From the sequence record OR062527: a DNA stretch of 64,000 nt. The stretch is one strand, 5' to 3'. This document shows, piece after piece, positions 28,099 to 38,290 of the stretch (its first letter is position 1; each line of letters opens with the position of its first letter). The DNA is from Escherichia phage vB_EcoM_11B_SA_NWU. The position numbers were made by a program, and so were the translations under genes. The notes beneath the pieces were generated by a model. The model was given only the letters and a program-made list of their open reading frames with translations. It searched no databases and was not told the origin of the DNA.

Positions 28099-28117
28099 AG
28101 CCCGAGTTATTAGGCTC
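28099..28117 (-). promoter_or_regulatory. gene 43 translational operator hairpin
   Basis: Minus strand GAGCCUAAUAACUCGGGCU followed by AAGGAA and the gene 43 ATG, as recalled for the T4 gp43 autoregulatory operator. Confidence 0.6.
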
Positions 28118-28140
28118 TTGATATATTATACTCCAAATAA

Positions 28141-28154
28141 GGGGCCGAAGCCCC
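28141..28154 (-). other. intercistronic UUCG-tetraloop hairpin upstream of the gene 43 operator
   Basis: GGGGC-UUCG-GCCCC. Confidence 0.5.
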
Positions 28155-28158
28155 TTGC

Positions 28159-28380
28159 TTAAATTAATACCAGTTGTCGGTGAAAAATTGTTAATCCATC
28201 TGCATTAATTGACTTAACCACTGCGGTAAAGTGTTTTTGTTCTGGGTGAACTAATTTTTGAAATTCTACCTGAAATTTTAGTTGGAGGTTTTCTGGTAAA
28301 TCAAAAAGTGTTTCTGTTGCAGAAAGATTATATTTTTCTTTAAGAGACGCCATGTATTCTTGCGGAGTTATAGCAGTCAT
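28159..28380 (-). CDS. small protein (73 aa) between regA and 43, coupled to the regA stop
   Basis: ATG 1 nt after the regA stop (TAAT ATG); sequence MTAITPQEYMASLKEKYNL... Confidence 0.45.
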   Translation of the reverse strand: MTAITPQEYMASLKEKYNLSATETLFDLPENLQLKFQVEFQKLVHPEQKHFTAVVKSINADGLTIFHRQLVLI

Positions 28381-28381
28381 A

Positions 28382-28750
28382 TTAATTACCAATCGTATAT
28401 TTAGGAACGAGTTTCCATTCATGTTTTTGTTTAAAAGAAATAACTCGGAAGTTATTAGTTAAATCTTTCATAAAAGTTCTTTGACCAGGAACGATTTCAA
28501 TCAGTCCCCAATCTTCTAGCAGCCATGCAATCGAATCACGACGAACTTCATCTTCTTCTGTCATTTCAACTTGACGACCATCCATACGAAGCATTTCTTT
28601 AAAATGAACGATATAGTATAGTCCTTTTTTCTGAAGAATATGACAGGACTGATACAGAACTTTATCTTTATTATTAGCAATTCCCATACGAGTCAAAGTT
28701 TCTTTTACTTTCAGAAAATCTTCAGGTTTTTTAAGAGTAATTTCAATCAT
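28382..28750 (-). CDS. regA: RegA translational repressor (122 aa)
   Basis: 122-aa sequence matches T4 RegA as recalled (MIEITLKKPEDFLKVKETLTRMG...). Confidence 0.9.
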   Translation of the reverse strand: MIEITLKKPEDFLKVKETLTRMGIANNKDKVLYQSCHILQKKGLYYIVHFKEMLRMDGRQVEMTEEDEVRRDSIAWLLEDWGLIEIVPGQRTFMKDLTNNFRVISFKQKHEWKLVPKYTIGN

Positions 28751-28751
28751 T

Positions 28752-29315
28752 TTACCATTCCAATGCTAGTTTTTTGAGTTGTTTCTGTTCTTTTACGTTC
28801 TTAGTCACTTCTTTCAAAAAATCATCCGTGACTAAACCTTTTAGTTCTTTTAATACTAAAGGAAGTTTTCCATTTTTAGTAAGAATTGATTTATAGTTAA
28901 TTGCATCATTTGTATTAACTTGATACCGCTTAGCAAGTAACTTAATAATCAATACTTCGGTAGAATCTTCAACTAGTTTTGCCCATTTACCATATCTTTT
29001 ACCACGAGGAACTGCAGCCATTAGATAATTAAAATGAGCTTCATCACTTAAGCCTGATCCAATTAAATTCATAGCATATACAGCTGGCATGCACTCTGGA
29101 AATTGTGATAATGCATTTTCAACCATGAATTTTGAATAATCTTTTTGAGCAATAGAGCATTTAGTTTTATTATTAATAGCTCCAATTATTTCAAAAAATT
29201 CATTTTCAGCTTTTTCTTTAAAAGTATCAGCAGCAGATTGGACAGCTGTCCAATCTTTAGAATACCAAGCAACTTGATGCTCGTTTAATTGAATATCATC
29301 TTCAAATAAGCTCAT
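28752..29315 (-). CDS. 62: clamp loader subunit gp62 (187 aa)
   Basis: 187 aa; synteny regA-62-44-45. Confidence 0.9.
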   Translation of the reverse strand: MSLFEDDIQLNEHQVAWYSKDWTAVQSAADTFKEKAENEFFEIIGAINNKTKCSIAQKDYSKFMVENALSQFPECMPAVYAMNLIGSGLSDEAHFNYLMAAVPRGKRYGKWAKLVEDSTEVLIIKLLAKRYQVNTNDAINYKSILTKNGKLPLVLKELKGLVTDDFLKEVTKNVKEQKQLKKLALEW

Positions 29316-29316
29316 A

Positions 29317-30276
29317 TCACTTCCACTGCATTTCGCATGCTAATTGAATGAAAAGATAAGCTAGATGCAATTCAGTATTAGCTGCAATACCATGATACTG
29401 ATTATTTTCGCCGACAATTTCGTACATACGAATAATACTCTGTGGTGTTACACGTGAATAGATTTCTTCGGCAAGTTTACCCACGAACCACGAATAATCG
29501 GCTGCATATTTTGGTGCTAAAGCTCTGAGTTGTTTAACATCTTTATTTTTGAGAGACTCAAGAACATCATCAATAGCACCACGATCGTTAGTAACCAGTG
29601 ATAAAATACCAGCATCCAAAACACCTTTAGATGAATAACTATCGAGCTCGCCAATAGTTTTACGAAAATCAGGAAAATTCTTTTTAACCAAAGCTGCTAC
29701 AACTTTCATATCAGCTATAGCAATACCTTCATGTTTACAGATTTCAGTCAATCGACGAATCATCTGCTTCATCATTTCAATTTTATCTTCATCGGTCGGT
29801 TGACCGAACGTAATAACTCGGCAGCGTGACTGAAGTGGTTTAATAATACCATCAATATTGTTAGCAGTAATAATAATACTGCAGTTTGAACTATAAGCTT
29901 CCATAAAGGAACGAAGATGTCGCTGAGATTCTGCTAAACCTGAGCGGTCAAATTCATCAATAACGATTACTTTTTGACGACCATCAAATGAAGCTGCACT
30001 CGCAAAATTAGTTAAAGGACCACGAACGAAATCAATTTTACAGTCTGATCCATTTACAAACATCATATCAGCATTTACATCATGACACAATGCTTTTGCT
30101 ACAGTTGTTTTACCTGTTCCTGGAGAAGGAGAATGAAGAATAATATGTGGAATCTTACCTTTACTTGTAATAGATTTAAAGGTTTCTTTATCAAAGGCGG
30201 GAAGAATACATTCATCGATAGTAGATGGACGATATTTCTGTTCAAGAATGTGTTCTTTTTCATTTACGGTAATCAT
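29317..30276 (-). CDS. 44: clamp loader ATPase gp44 (319 aa; start at second in-frame ATG)
   Basis: AAA+ Walker A GTGKTT; GAGGAAA Shine-Dalgarno before the ATG at 30276; 319 aa as in T4. Confidence 0.9.
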
Positions 30277-30310
30277 AATTTCCTCATTCAAGTTTTAGTG
30301 TAAATTATAA

Positions 30311-30324
30311 AGGGCCGAAGCCCT
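30311..30324 (-). other. intercistronic UUCG-tetraloop hairpin between genes 45 and 44
   Basis: AGGGC-UUCG-GCCCU followed by a U-rich stretch. Confidence 0.5.
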
Positions 30325-30327
30325 CTA

Positions 30328-31014
30328 TTAAAAATCGTGGGTAGAATCAGCTTCAAGAGCTACTACATAATTCGCATGTTCACCTTCAAATTTAGCAGCA
30401 CCTTGTTTACCTTTTGCCCAGAGCAGAAGTTTATAATTTCCTGGTTGCATTTTCATATTTGCCATATTGATAATGAAATTAAATGTATTTTCACCATCAT
30501 AATCACCAAGAGTCAAAGAATATTTAACACGGGTCAGAGCAGAATCTTCTACTTTATTAAAACCGTTAATTACGATTTTACCTTCTTTTACCGTGATAGC
30601 AATTGTATCAATTTGCAGACCACGAGATACACGCAACAGTTGTTGAAGGTCTTCAGCTTTAATTTCAGTAACAACAGATGCTACCGGGAATGGAATTGGT
30701 TTATTAGGAGCAACTACTGTACTCGGATCGGCTGCTGGCCAAAAAATTGTTGAACGAGCATCAGCAATTTTAATATTTCCATCTTCTGACTGGGAAATTT
30801 CTGCATCATCATTAACTAGAGACAGAATACCGAGAAAACCGTTCAAATCGTAAATTGCTACATCAAAATCAATAACGTCAGAAATATTTGCTTCCGCATA
30901 AGTTGTACCATTAACTGCGCGAGTCATAATAAATTGACCGGATTTAAGCATAATGCCAGAATTAATAGTAGCGAAATTTTTAAGCAGAGCAGTAGTATCT
31001 TTAGACAGTTTCAT
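30328..31014 (-). CDS. 45: sliding clamp gp45 (228 aa)
   Basis: 228 aa; synteny; MotA-box middle promoter upstream. Confidence 0.9.
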   Translation of the reverse strand: MKLSKDTTALLKNFATINSGIMLKSGQFIMTRAVNGTTYAEANISDVIDFDVAIYDLNGFLGILSLVNDDAEISQSEDGNIKIADARSTIFWPAADPSTVVAPNKPIPFPVASVVTEIKAEDLQQLLRVSRGLQIDTIAITVKEGKIVINGFNKVEDSALTRVKYSLTLGDYDGENTFNFIINMANMKMQPGNYKLLLWAKGKQGAAKFEGEHANYVVALEADSTHDF

Positions 31015-31043
31015 GTAATTTCCTTCAATTCAAATGAGATTTA

Positions 31044-31068
31044 ATTTTATAACTAATTTAATAAAGCA
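31044..31068 (-). promoter_or_regulatory. MotA-dependent middle promoter for gene 45 (TTGCTTTA, 12 bp, TAAAAT)
   Basis: MotA box with -10 at the proper spacing upstream of gene 45. Confidence 0.55.
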
Positions 31069-31069
31069 A

Positions 31070-31459
31070 TTAACGATTAAAATCAGCCGCAATTGTTTCC
31101 GCAACAATTTGAGCAGCAACAATTAGACGTTCATCTGCATTACCACAATAATCATCTTCAAGGCGTTCACCACATGAAGTCATAATAAATTTAGCACCGG
31201 CGTTTAGGGATTCTGTAGTATGTTTGCGCATTAGTTCAATCCATTTATTACTTACTTCACGATCGATAGCTTCATAATACGCATGACGAGCAGGTGCAGA
31301 TTTAATTTTGTTCTGAATAACTTCCATTGCGTTATCAGAAAGAGACAAAACCCATGCTCGACGAATTTTATTTTGGTTTTGTGGATTTGATTCAGAACGC
31401 ACGTGTTTTGGCTGAATATCTTTTACGTCAACAGTATAATTCACAGTAATTTTAGTCAT
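31070..31459 (-). CDS. rpbA: RNA polymerase binding protein RpbA (129 aa)
   Basis: 129-aa ORF immediately upstream of 45 as in T4. Confidence 0.75.
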
Positions 31460-31468
31460 AATACACCT

Positions 31469-31657
31469 TTAGTCATAATAATCAGTAACAGTCCAAGCTT
31501 CATTTCTATTGGACATTATTTTTGTATATTCTGCTTTAAATGCATTCCTGAGCATAGATTCAGTAACTATATGCTCTTCATTAGAAAAATTATTTCTCAG
31601 AATATATCGTTTTATTTCAGGAAAAGTTAATAGATGCTGTCCAGTTGAATATTCCAT
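31469..31657 (-). CDS. 45.2-like small protein (62 aa)
   Basis: Small ORF between 46 and rpbA. Confidence 0.5.
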   Translation of the reverse strand: MEYSTGQHLLTFPEIKRYILRNNFSNEEHIVTESMLRNAFKAEYTKIMSNRNEAWTVTDYYD

Positions 31658-31712
31658 GTTTTTCCTCCATAGAGATTATACTCTAATAAATTAAAGCATA
31701 ATCTCTTATAAA

Positions 31713-33395
31713 TTAAACCATTACAGTAAATCGACCAACTTTCTTCATTTGAAGATGCTGACCGTATGCTTGTGGGTCATGGTCTCTATGCGAAATAACA
31801 AAAACATTAGTATTTTTTAAACTATCTAAAATAGTTGAAATAGCTTTTACACCTTCAACGTCGGTCGCTGAATCAAAAACTTCGTCAAGAATTAACGTGT
31901 TTATTTTAACACCTGAAACTTTTTCAGCAATATCACGCCAAGTAAATAAAAGAGCAATATCAATTCGCGCTTTTTCACCTTGACTGAATGAAGCATAACT
32001 AAAATCTTCACGACCACGGGATTTAATTGTCTCATTAAATTCTTCATCTAATGTAAACACATAATCCGCTTCCATTATTTTAAGATAATGGTTAATCTGC
32101 TTATTAAATAATGGAATGTACTTTTTAATAATAGCACCTTTAATACCAGAATCTTTGAGCATATCAGTCAAAATTCCTCGGTGGTATTTTTCCATTACTA
32201 AATTAGTTTTTGTCTTAACAATTTTATCAAGTTCTTCTTGAAGCAGTGCTATTTCATCAGCATGGTCAATAAACTCAGAAGATGCTTTTTCTATAGCTGC
32301 TTTAACTTTTTTAGCTTTATCTACTGTCGTGATTAGAGATTGCTTTTTATTGCGAATATCATTTGCCAACGACTGCTGGGTTTTAATATTATCTCGGTAT
32401 TCATCAACAAGAACTTTTAAATTATCACGGTGTGTTGAAAGCTGTTCAAACGAATGCGTGCATTCAGAAACTTTATCTTTAATTTTAGAAACAACTTTAT
32501 CACCGGAACTCAATTGTGACAAACAGGTTGGACATAATCCACCTTCGTGATACATATTAATGACTTTATTATACGAGTCAATTTTTGATTTAATTAAAAC
32601 TGCTTCTTGACCGATTTTATTAAATGCATCAGTCGGGTCTTCGTCTAAAACAATATTAACTAATCTTTCATTAGCTTCTTCTATTTCCGATTTTAGCGTT
32701 CTAGCTTCTTTTGCCAAATCATCATACATATTTTGCAGACGAGTAAGATTGTCACCCGTTAATTTTTTCTGGCGTTCAACGTTATCATTATATATTTTAA
32801 TTTGTTGGATAATACTATCTTTTTTAACATCAAGCACTTGGTTTTGTGAATTTAATTCACGTATTAGTGCTTTATTAAGCTTATCCATTTCAGCTAATGT
32901 TCCTACCTCAAGCAGGTCTTCCACAAGCTTTCTTCGCGCAGGGGTCGACAAACCCATGAAAGGGGTATACCCTGCTGTACCAAGGACAACAATCTGCTTG
33001 AAACTGGCATATGACATTCCGATAAGCTGTTCAAATTCTGCTTGGAAATCTTTACTGCTGGCAGATTCATTAAGACGTGTACCGTTAACGGTGATTTCGA
33101 AAACGTTTGGTTTTTGTCCTCTTTTGATATAGTACTTTTTCTCATCATATTCCATCCACAGTTCAACTAAAAGTTCTTTCTTATTTGTGCTGTTTATTAA
33201 TTGACCTTTCTTTACATCACGAAATGGCTTACCAAAAAGCCCAAATGTGATGGCTTCTAACATAGTAGACTTACCACCGCCATTTCGTCCAGTAATAAGA
33301 GTTTTTTGAACCTTATCTAATTGAATGTCAATAGGATTTCCACCTACTGACATTATATTTTGATACCTAACTCGGTTTAGTTTAAAATTTTTCAC
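31713..33395 (-). CDS. 46: recombination nuclease subunit gp46 (560 aa), Rad50/SbcC-like
   Basis: Walker A GRNGGGKST, coiled-coil middle, CPTC zinc hook; 560 aa. Confidence 0.9.
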   Translation of the reverse strand: MKNFKLNRVRYQNIMSVGGNPIDIQLDKVQKTLITGRNGGGKSTMLEAITFGLFGKPFRDVKKGQLINSTNKKELLVELWMEYDEKKYYIKRGQKPNVFEITVNGTRLNESASSKDFQAEFEQLIGMSYASFKQIVVLGTAGYTPFMGLSTPARRKLVEDLLEVGTLAEMDKLNKALIRELNSQNQVLDVKKDSIIQQIKIYNDNVERQKKLTGDNLTRLQNMYDDLAKEARTLKSEIEEANERLVNIVLDEDPTDAFNKIGQEAVLIKSKIDSYNKVINMYHEGGLCPTCLSQLSSGDKVVSKIKDKVSECTHSFEQLSTHRDNLKVLVDEYRDNIKTQQSLANDIRNKKQSLITTVDKAKKVKAAIEKASSEFIDHADEIALLQEELDKIVKTKTNLVMEKYHRGILTDMLKDSGIKGAIIKKYIPLFNKQINHYLKIMEADYVFTLDEEFNETIKSRGREDFSYASFSQGEKARIDIALLFTWRDIAEKVSGVKINTLILDEVFDSATDVEGVKAISTILDSLKNTNVFVISHRDHDPQAYGQHLQMKKVGRFTVMV

Positions 33396-33655
33396 AAAAG
33401 ATTCCTTTTAATGTATCTTTTAGACCATTCTATCATATCATCATAATCTAAAAAGTATTCATCAAATTCAGCCATGCAAACAACGCCTTGTGCTGCTTTT
33501 GATGTGATATAAATTATTCCAACATATCTAGAATCTTCTTCGGTATAATCAATATTTGCTATGAATTCATCATTAATGTCAAATGTCGAAAACTTCACAG
33601 TATGCATCCTTAATACAAGATACAGCCATATCTTGTAATGATTTAGGTGTGTCAT
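33392..33655 (-). CDS. 46.1-like small protein (87 aa; start uncertain)
   Basis: ORF between 47 and 46; overlaps its upstream neighbour. Confidence 0.45.
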   Translation of the reverse strand: MTHLNHYKIWLYLVLRMHTVKFSTFDINDEFIANIDYTEEDSRYVGIIYITSKAAQGVVCMAEFDEYFLDYDDMIEWSKRYIKRNLL

Positions 33656-33842
33656 TATCTAAAATGTTGAAGTTAAAAGATACGGCCCAGTCAGTGCAGA
33701 CCGTTACCTTTTTAATACAATTATCTTCAACCTCTAACGGTTCAAACCAATATTCAATAATTTCTTTATGACCAATATCATCTTTTACTTCGCATTCAAA
33801 ATGCTGACTCATCATAACATTTTTAAATTCATCAAAAGTCAT
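33579..33842 (-). CDS. 46.2-like small protein (87 aa)
   Basis: ORF between 47 and 46. Confidence 0.45.
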   Translation of the reverse strand: MTFDEFKNVMMSQHFECEVKDDIGHKEIIEYWFEPLEVEDNCIKKVTVCTDWAVSFNFNILDNDTPKSLQDMAVSCIKDAYCEVFDI

Positions 33843-34858
33843 TGTGTTGCCTCTACATATAACTGATTTGCATATTGAATAAGTGCTTCGCGATCAGAAT
33901 CAGTGATGTCTGGAATTGCATTAATGTATTCTTCCATCAATGTCTGAAGAGATTGAACTTCAACTTCTTCACTATCATCTGACTCGACAGAGTTATCAAT
34001 CTTTGACACAACTCGTAATGAATGCACAACTTTTTCTAGTTCAGATTCGAACTTCGTTAGATTTTTGTCTACTTCAGTTACTATAACACGTACTGATAGA
34101 TTTGTAAAATCTTTATAGTCAATTTTTCCTTTAAATGGATAATGAATTCTACGATGCCAGGTAGTATTGTTTGGAATAAATTCCATTCGTTCTGTTTCTG
34201 TATCAAACATCCAGAACCCACGAGGGTCATTCTCGTCACCTGCAGTTAGTGTCCATGGTGTCCCAATATATCTGACGTTAGCAGCCTCAGAGATAGTATG
34301 GAAGTGACCAGACCACACTTCTTTATAAGTCTTAAGGAAATCAGGTTCAAGACCATGAGATTTCATTCCTTTATAAAAATAAAATCCGTTCAGTTCCCAG
34401 TGACCAACGCAAAAAGAAGCAGATGAAGTTTTGATGTGTTCAAGAATTTCACCAGTATTTTCTTCACACATCCAAGGAATTAAATCAATTAAACATCCGT
34501 CAAAATCTACTGTAGTAGGCTTATCATACACTTTAACATTAGGATATTTAGCCAAAAGCTCAGTAGAGGCATTTGGAGTTAAAGTATTTTTAAAGTGCAT
34601 ATCATGGTTTCCTACAACAGTATGTAGGGTAATACCAGCATCATCAAGCATTTGAACTATTTCACGAGCAAACTCCATAGTTTTATGCGTGATTGCTTTT
34701 CGCACATCAAAAATATCGCCGTATTGAATCCAGGTAGTAATTCCATTTTTCTTAGAATATTCTATTGCTTGTTTAATTCCATCCAACTGAATGGATTGAA
34801 CCCACTCATCATCGGCTTTAACACCTAAATGCCAATCACCTAAATTTAAAATTTTCAT
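33839..34858 (-). CDS. 47: recombination nuclease subunit gp47 (339 aa), Mre11/SbcD-like
   Basis: Calcineurin-like phosphoesterase motifs (GDWHLG, GNHD); 339 aa. Confidence 0.9.
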   Translation of the reverse strand: MKILNLGDWHLGVKADDEWVQSIQLDGIKQAIEYSKKNGITTWIQYGDIFDVRKAITHKTMEFAREIVQMLDDAGITLHTVVGNHDMHFKNTLTPNASTELLAKYPNVKVYDKPTTVDFDGCLIDLIPWMCEENTGEILEHIKTSSASFCVGHWELNGFYFYKGMKSHGLEPDFLKTYKEVWSGHFHTISEAANVRYIGTPWTLTAGDENDPRGFWMFDTETERMEFIPNNTTWHRRIHYPFKGKIDYKDFTNLSVRVIVTEVDKNLTKFESELEKVVHSLRVVSKIDNSVESDDSEEVEVQSLQTLMEEYINAIPDITDSDREALIQYANQLYVEATQ

Positions 34859-34995
34859 ATATCAAGAACCGTCATTGAAATGCAAAATAAAATTATTGAA
34901 ATAAACCCATCTGATGTGCTAAAGAACCCAATCCAACATGCTCTAGTGAATAGATAAAATGCAAGAAAAAGTATCACATATCCAAGAAATATCAT
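34855..34995 (-). CDS. micro membrane protein (46 aa), 47.1-like
   Basis: Hand-translated MIFLGYVILFLAFYLF...; ATGA overlap with the gene 47 start. Confidence 0.4.
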   Translation of the reverse strand: MIFLGYVILFLAFYLFTRACWIGFFSTSDGFISIILFCISMTVLDI

Positions 34996-35020
34996 TATAT
35001 CAAACTCCGTATAAAGCTAA

Positions 35021-35034
35021 AGGGCCGAAGCCCT
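35021..35034 (-). other. UUCG-tetraloop hairpin overlapping the alpha-gt stop codon
   Basis: AGGGC-UUCG-GCCCU. Confidence 0.5.
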
Positions 35035-36237
35035 TTATTTTGTAATAATGTCAAACTGTTCTTTAAAGCAGAAGCTTGAATCTTGATGCTGATACAAAAA
35101 TTCATAAGCTTTTTCGCGTTCGCGGTCATAAAGAGTTCGGTCAGATGACAGTTCTTTAATACGTTCAAATGTTGATTCCATGTCATTTTCATCAAACCAA
35201 ATGATACCGCTATCATGCGAGGTCAAAGGAGTATTATCAACACGGAATTTTAAATTTTCGCCAGTAGATTTCCAAAATACCGGAATTGTTCCACATGCAC
35301 CAAGCTCGAGATGAGTATATTCTAAAGAACGTTGTAGATATTTTTTATCTAATTTACTCAGCTGATAACCAAATCCGGATTTACTCATACGTTCAAGCAT
35401 TTCGCTATTTACATAACGGTCGAGAATTTGCGTTGGCAAATTAGGAGCAATTTTAATTTGGTCTACTTGATGAAGACGATAATACTCGTATGGAATTCCT
35501 TTTTCTTTAATAGGAATGAACGCTGGAGAACGTTCCAGACCTTCCATAATAGTACTCAATCCTGCAGGTTTAAGATGTTTTTCATGAAAATCAAACATCT
35601 GATAAAAGCCTTTCCATGTAGTCGTACGACCAATCCAACGGTTGACATTCATATTAATTTCAGAAACATCTTTCCAGTAGGTTGATCGAACCTTCGCAAT
35701 ATCCATAGGAGGTTGAAAGTTATATACTGTCGGTGCTTCTTCAATATCATCAAACAGAGAAACTGTTTCTGGATACCATTCTTTCATCAGAACTTTATTA
35801 AAATCACCATTATCAGAATGACTGAAAATAACATCAGCTCGACGAACAGTTTCTTCTAATCCCAAATTTCGGCGCAAAGAAAGAGAAGAATGGTCATGTT
35901 GATAAACTACAACACGAACAGAAGGTTTAATGTTATCAATAATTTTTTTATAGTTATTAATAGTGTCTTCTTCAACCGAAGTAGCAGGAACTGAATTGAT
36001 AATTAGAATATCACAATCATTTACCAGCTTAAGTGTTTTATCGTATTCTTTTGCCAATAAAACCGGAATTGAAAATGATTTATAATCATGCGCACAATTA
36101 CGAGTAAATGATTTATCTTTAGCATAAACCAAAGTTACTTCATGACCATTTTTAATAAACCAATCACGTTGCTCAAGAGAAAATTTAGTTACACCACAAC
36201 CTTCAAGACCTCGAGCCATAAAAATACATACTTTCAT
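35035..36237 (-). CDS. a-gt: DNA alpha-glucosyltransferase (400 aa)
   Basis: 400 aa; near-identity to T4 alpha-gt as recalled (CIFMARGLEGCGVTKFSLEQRDWF); MotA-box promoter upstream. Confidence 0.9.
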   Translation of the reverse strand: MKVCIFMARGLEGCGVTKFSLEQRDWFIKNGHEVTLVYAKDKSFTRNCAHDYKSFSIPVLLAKEYDKTLKLVNDCDILIINSVPATSVEEDTINNYKKIIDNIKPSVRVVVYQHDHSSLSLRRNLGLEETVRRADVIFSHSDNGDFNKVLMKEWYPETVSLFDDIEEAPTVYNFQPPMDIAKVRSTYWKDVSEINMNVNRWIGRTTTWKGFYQMFDFHEKHLKPAGLSTIMEGLERSPAFIPIKEKGIPYEYYRLHQVDQIKIAPNLPTQILDRYVNSEMLERMSKSGFGYQLSKLDKKYLQRSLEYTHLELGACGTIPVFWKSTGENLKFRVDNTPLTSHDSGIIWFDENDMESTFERIKELSSDRTLYDREREKAYEFLYQHQDSSFCFKEQFDIITK

Positions 36238-36261
36238 TTAATATCCTCTTTGTTTTGGTTT

Positions 36262-36285
36262 ATTTTACCAAAAATTTATAAAGCA
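36262..36285 (-). promoter_or_regulatory. MotA-dependent middle promoter for alpha-gt (TGCTTTA, 11 bp, TAAAAT)
   Basis: MotA box with -10 about 25 nt upstream of the alpha-gt ATG. Confidence 0.5.
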
Positions 36286-36290
36286 ATATA

Positions 36291-36304
36291 GGAGCCGAAG
36301 CTCC
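36291..36304 (-). other. UUCG-tetraloop hairpin upstream of the alpha-gt middle promoter
   Basis: GGAGC-UUCG-GCUCC. Confidence 0.5.
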
Positions 36305-36474
36305 TATCCGCATAATACGCCATACAGAGGCTCGTTAGAACTTTTAAATTTTATGCGCTTATATGTTATAGTTCCTTCTGCTTTAGCTTTATCATGAGAC
36401 TCTTTAAAGCGTCTCATCATTTCCTCTTTAGAGGAACGAATTTTATTATCTATTTCAGAAGTCTGGGTGTTCAT
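36304..36474 (-). CDS. micro-ORF (56 aa), weak support
   Basis: Hand-translated MNTQTSEIDNKIRSSKEEMMRRFKE...; weak ribosome-binding site. Confidence 0.3.
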   Translation of the reverse strand: MNTQTSEIDNKIRSSKEEMMRRFKESHDKAKAEGTITYKRIKFKSSNEPLYGVLCG

Positions 36475-36477
36475 CTT

Positions 36478-36684
36478 TCATAACTGCCACCATTTTTTGA
36501 CTTGATAAGAATCAACCCACACTTTCATATTAGGGTCTGCTCTTACAATAGGAGGATTAACTTCTTTAATTGAACTATCATGGTATTCTTTTTCAGAAAT
36601 TTTCACACAAAGATGACCATTCAAAGATTCAGTAAATCCTGCATTAATTTTAAGACGCTTGAATTTTACGTGTGTAAGCATCAA
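36478..36684 (-). CDS. small protein (68 aa)
   Basis: Minus-strand ORF. Confidence 0.5.
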   Translation of the reverse strand: MMLTHVKFKRLKINAGFTESLNGHLCVKISEKEYHDSSIKEVNPPIVRADPNMKVWVDSYQVKKWWQL

Positions 36685-36967
36685 TCATATCCTCAATCTG
36701 CGATCTAGTAGTCTTCCAAAGAATACTGATGAGTTCATCGTTATATGGCTGTTTTAGAATATCCCGACTTTTCTTGATAGCATATTCGTATTGAGCAAAA
36801 TTATTGTTTTCAGCTGCGATCTGGGCGTGCTTATAAAGACGATTCAGTTCGCGTTTGTTTTTAGACAATAACTTATTTGCTTTTCTTTCTGCTTCAAGAC
36901 GGTTCTTTTCTTCAATAGAAGAAATAAGCTTTTCCACTTCATCATTAATTTCGGGTTTATCAGTCAT
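36650..36967 (-). CDS. small coiled-coil protein (105 aa)
   Basis: Minus-strand ORF. Confidence 0.5.
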   Translation of the reverse strand: MTDKPEINDEVEKLISSIEEKNRLEAERKANKLLSKNKRELNRLYKHAQIAAENNNFAQYEYAIKKSRDILKQPYNDELISILWKTTRSQIEDMIDAYTRKIQAS

Positions 36968-36968
36968 A

Positions 36969-37187
36969 TTATTTCTCTAGTATAAAATAAAAATCATCAT
37001 CTGTTAAATGATACCGATAGTTTAATTCTACACCATTAGATTTAAAAGCGGTATCATACGGATTTTCTGGATCAATATCAATGTCAAGAGCTAAAACTTC
37101 CCTAAGATACATTTTAAGTAAATAGGGAATAGCTTCAACTTCAGGTATTTCTTCCAAGAATCCGGAGAGGTTAATCGTTAGCCTCAT
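36969..37187 (-). CDS. small acidic protein (72 aa)
   Basis: Minus-strand ORF; overlaps the 55 stop. Confidence 0.5.
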
Positions 37188-37728
37188 ATAAAAAATCCAA
37201 ACTAGGAGAATCGTCTACAACACTTTTCTTTTCAGCCCCCGGTGTTCTATAGGTTGATTCTTCGTAATGCGTCATTTTATCGTAGATGTCTTGAATAAAA
37301 GTTTCATCTACTAACGCAACCATATCGTCGTCACGGCTGTCATAGACATTGTGAACGAAGTAACTATATTTCTTTGCAACTTCCTTACGTTCTTTTTTAA
37401 TACGTTGGACGAATGCATTAAAACAAGCTTGAGTTATATATGCATGTGGGTTTTTATATTTCGTTTCATCAAAATTATGAAGCCCCTTAATAGAAGCTTC
37501 TATACCATCTGCAATCATTTCTTGTTTCCAAGACTGGGTGTATCCTGAAAAGTTGAAACGTTTAGATAAGCCTTCTGCAATAAGCATAATGGCTAATCCG
37601 ATAGTATCATTCTGACGAACTACTTTATTTGGGTCTTTATTATTTGCTAATTCTGTTTTCCAATCAATAATAGCTTGTAAAAGCTCTTTATTGTTTACGT
37701 AATTATATTTAGGCTTAGTTTCTGACAT
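37171..37728 (-). CDS. 55: late sigma factor gp55 (185 aa; start at second Met)
   Basis: Sequence from [23 protein letters not shown] matches T4 gp55 as recalled. Confidence 0.9.
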
Positions 37729-37806
37729 TTTCACCTCTTAGCTCAATTCATAGATCTATTATATCATAATATTTGAAGACCTATCTTAAAGCACAGAGGA
37801 TATCAG

Positions 37807-38076
37807 TTATCTAAGTAAACAGTATGCTTGGAACACTTTCTCCATCATCTTTTTAAATTCATGAATATCTATATAATGACTAGTTAAATCAGCATGATAT
37901 AAAAAGTCTAAAAACTTTTCATGAGTGCTAACATATTCACTTTCATTTAATTCAGAAACATGACTTTCCCAATATCCAACACCAGTCTTATTTGGGAAAA
38001 ATGAAATTTTCATGTATTGGTCAACATAGAAAATGCCATAATTTTCAATAGTAATAGAAATATTAATAAATTTCAT
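37807..38076 (-). CDS. 55.x-like small protein (89 aa)
   Basis: Minus-strand ORF. Confidence 0.5.
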   Translation of the reverse strand: MKFINISITIENYGIFYVDQYMKISFFPNKTGVGYWESHVSELNESEYVSTHEKFLDFLYHADLTSHYIDIHEFKKMMEKVFQAYCLLR

Positions 38077-38288
38077 GCATTCATCAACTTAGCCGCTCCA
38101 AGAGCTGCATCTAGTGAATCAAATTGGTCAACATATTCAATCAATTCGCCGTAATTGGCATATAACCACCATTGGCTAAATTCATACTCAAGGATGAATC
38201 CGTTTCCTTCAATTTGAGTTAAACCAATGCCATTTGTATTTACTTCATATCCAGCAAGACGCAAATCGTTAATAAGAGCTTCGTTCAT
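38073..38288 (-). CDS. small acidic protein (71 aa)
   Basis: Minus-strand ORF; 4-nt overlap with its neighbour. Confidence 0.5.
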   Translation of the reverse strand: MNEALINDLRLAGYEVNTNGIGLTQIEGNGFILEYEFSQWWLYANYGELIEYVDQFDSLDAALGAAKLMNA

Positions 38289-38290
38289 AA

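Noticed and set aside
37780-37820. Possible MotA box or early promoter upstream of gene 55 (GTGCTTTAA…, GTTTAC at 37815)
   Set aside because: Spacing to a credible -10 element is poor and the elements lie inside the coding 3' end of the upstream ORF. Not confident enough to annotate.
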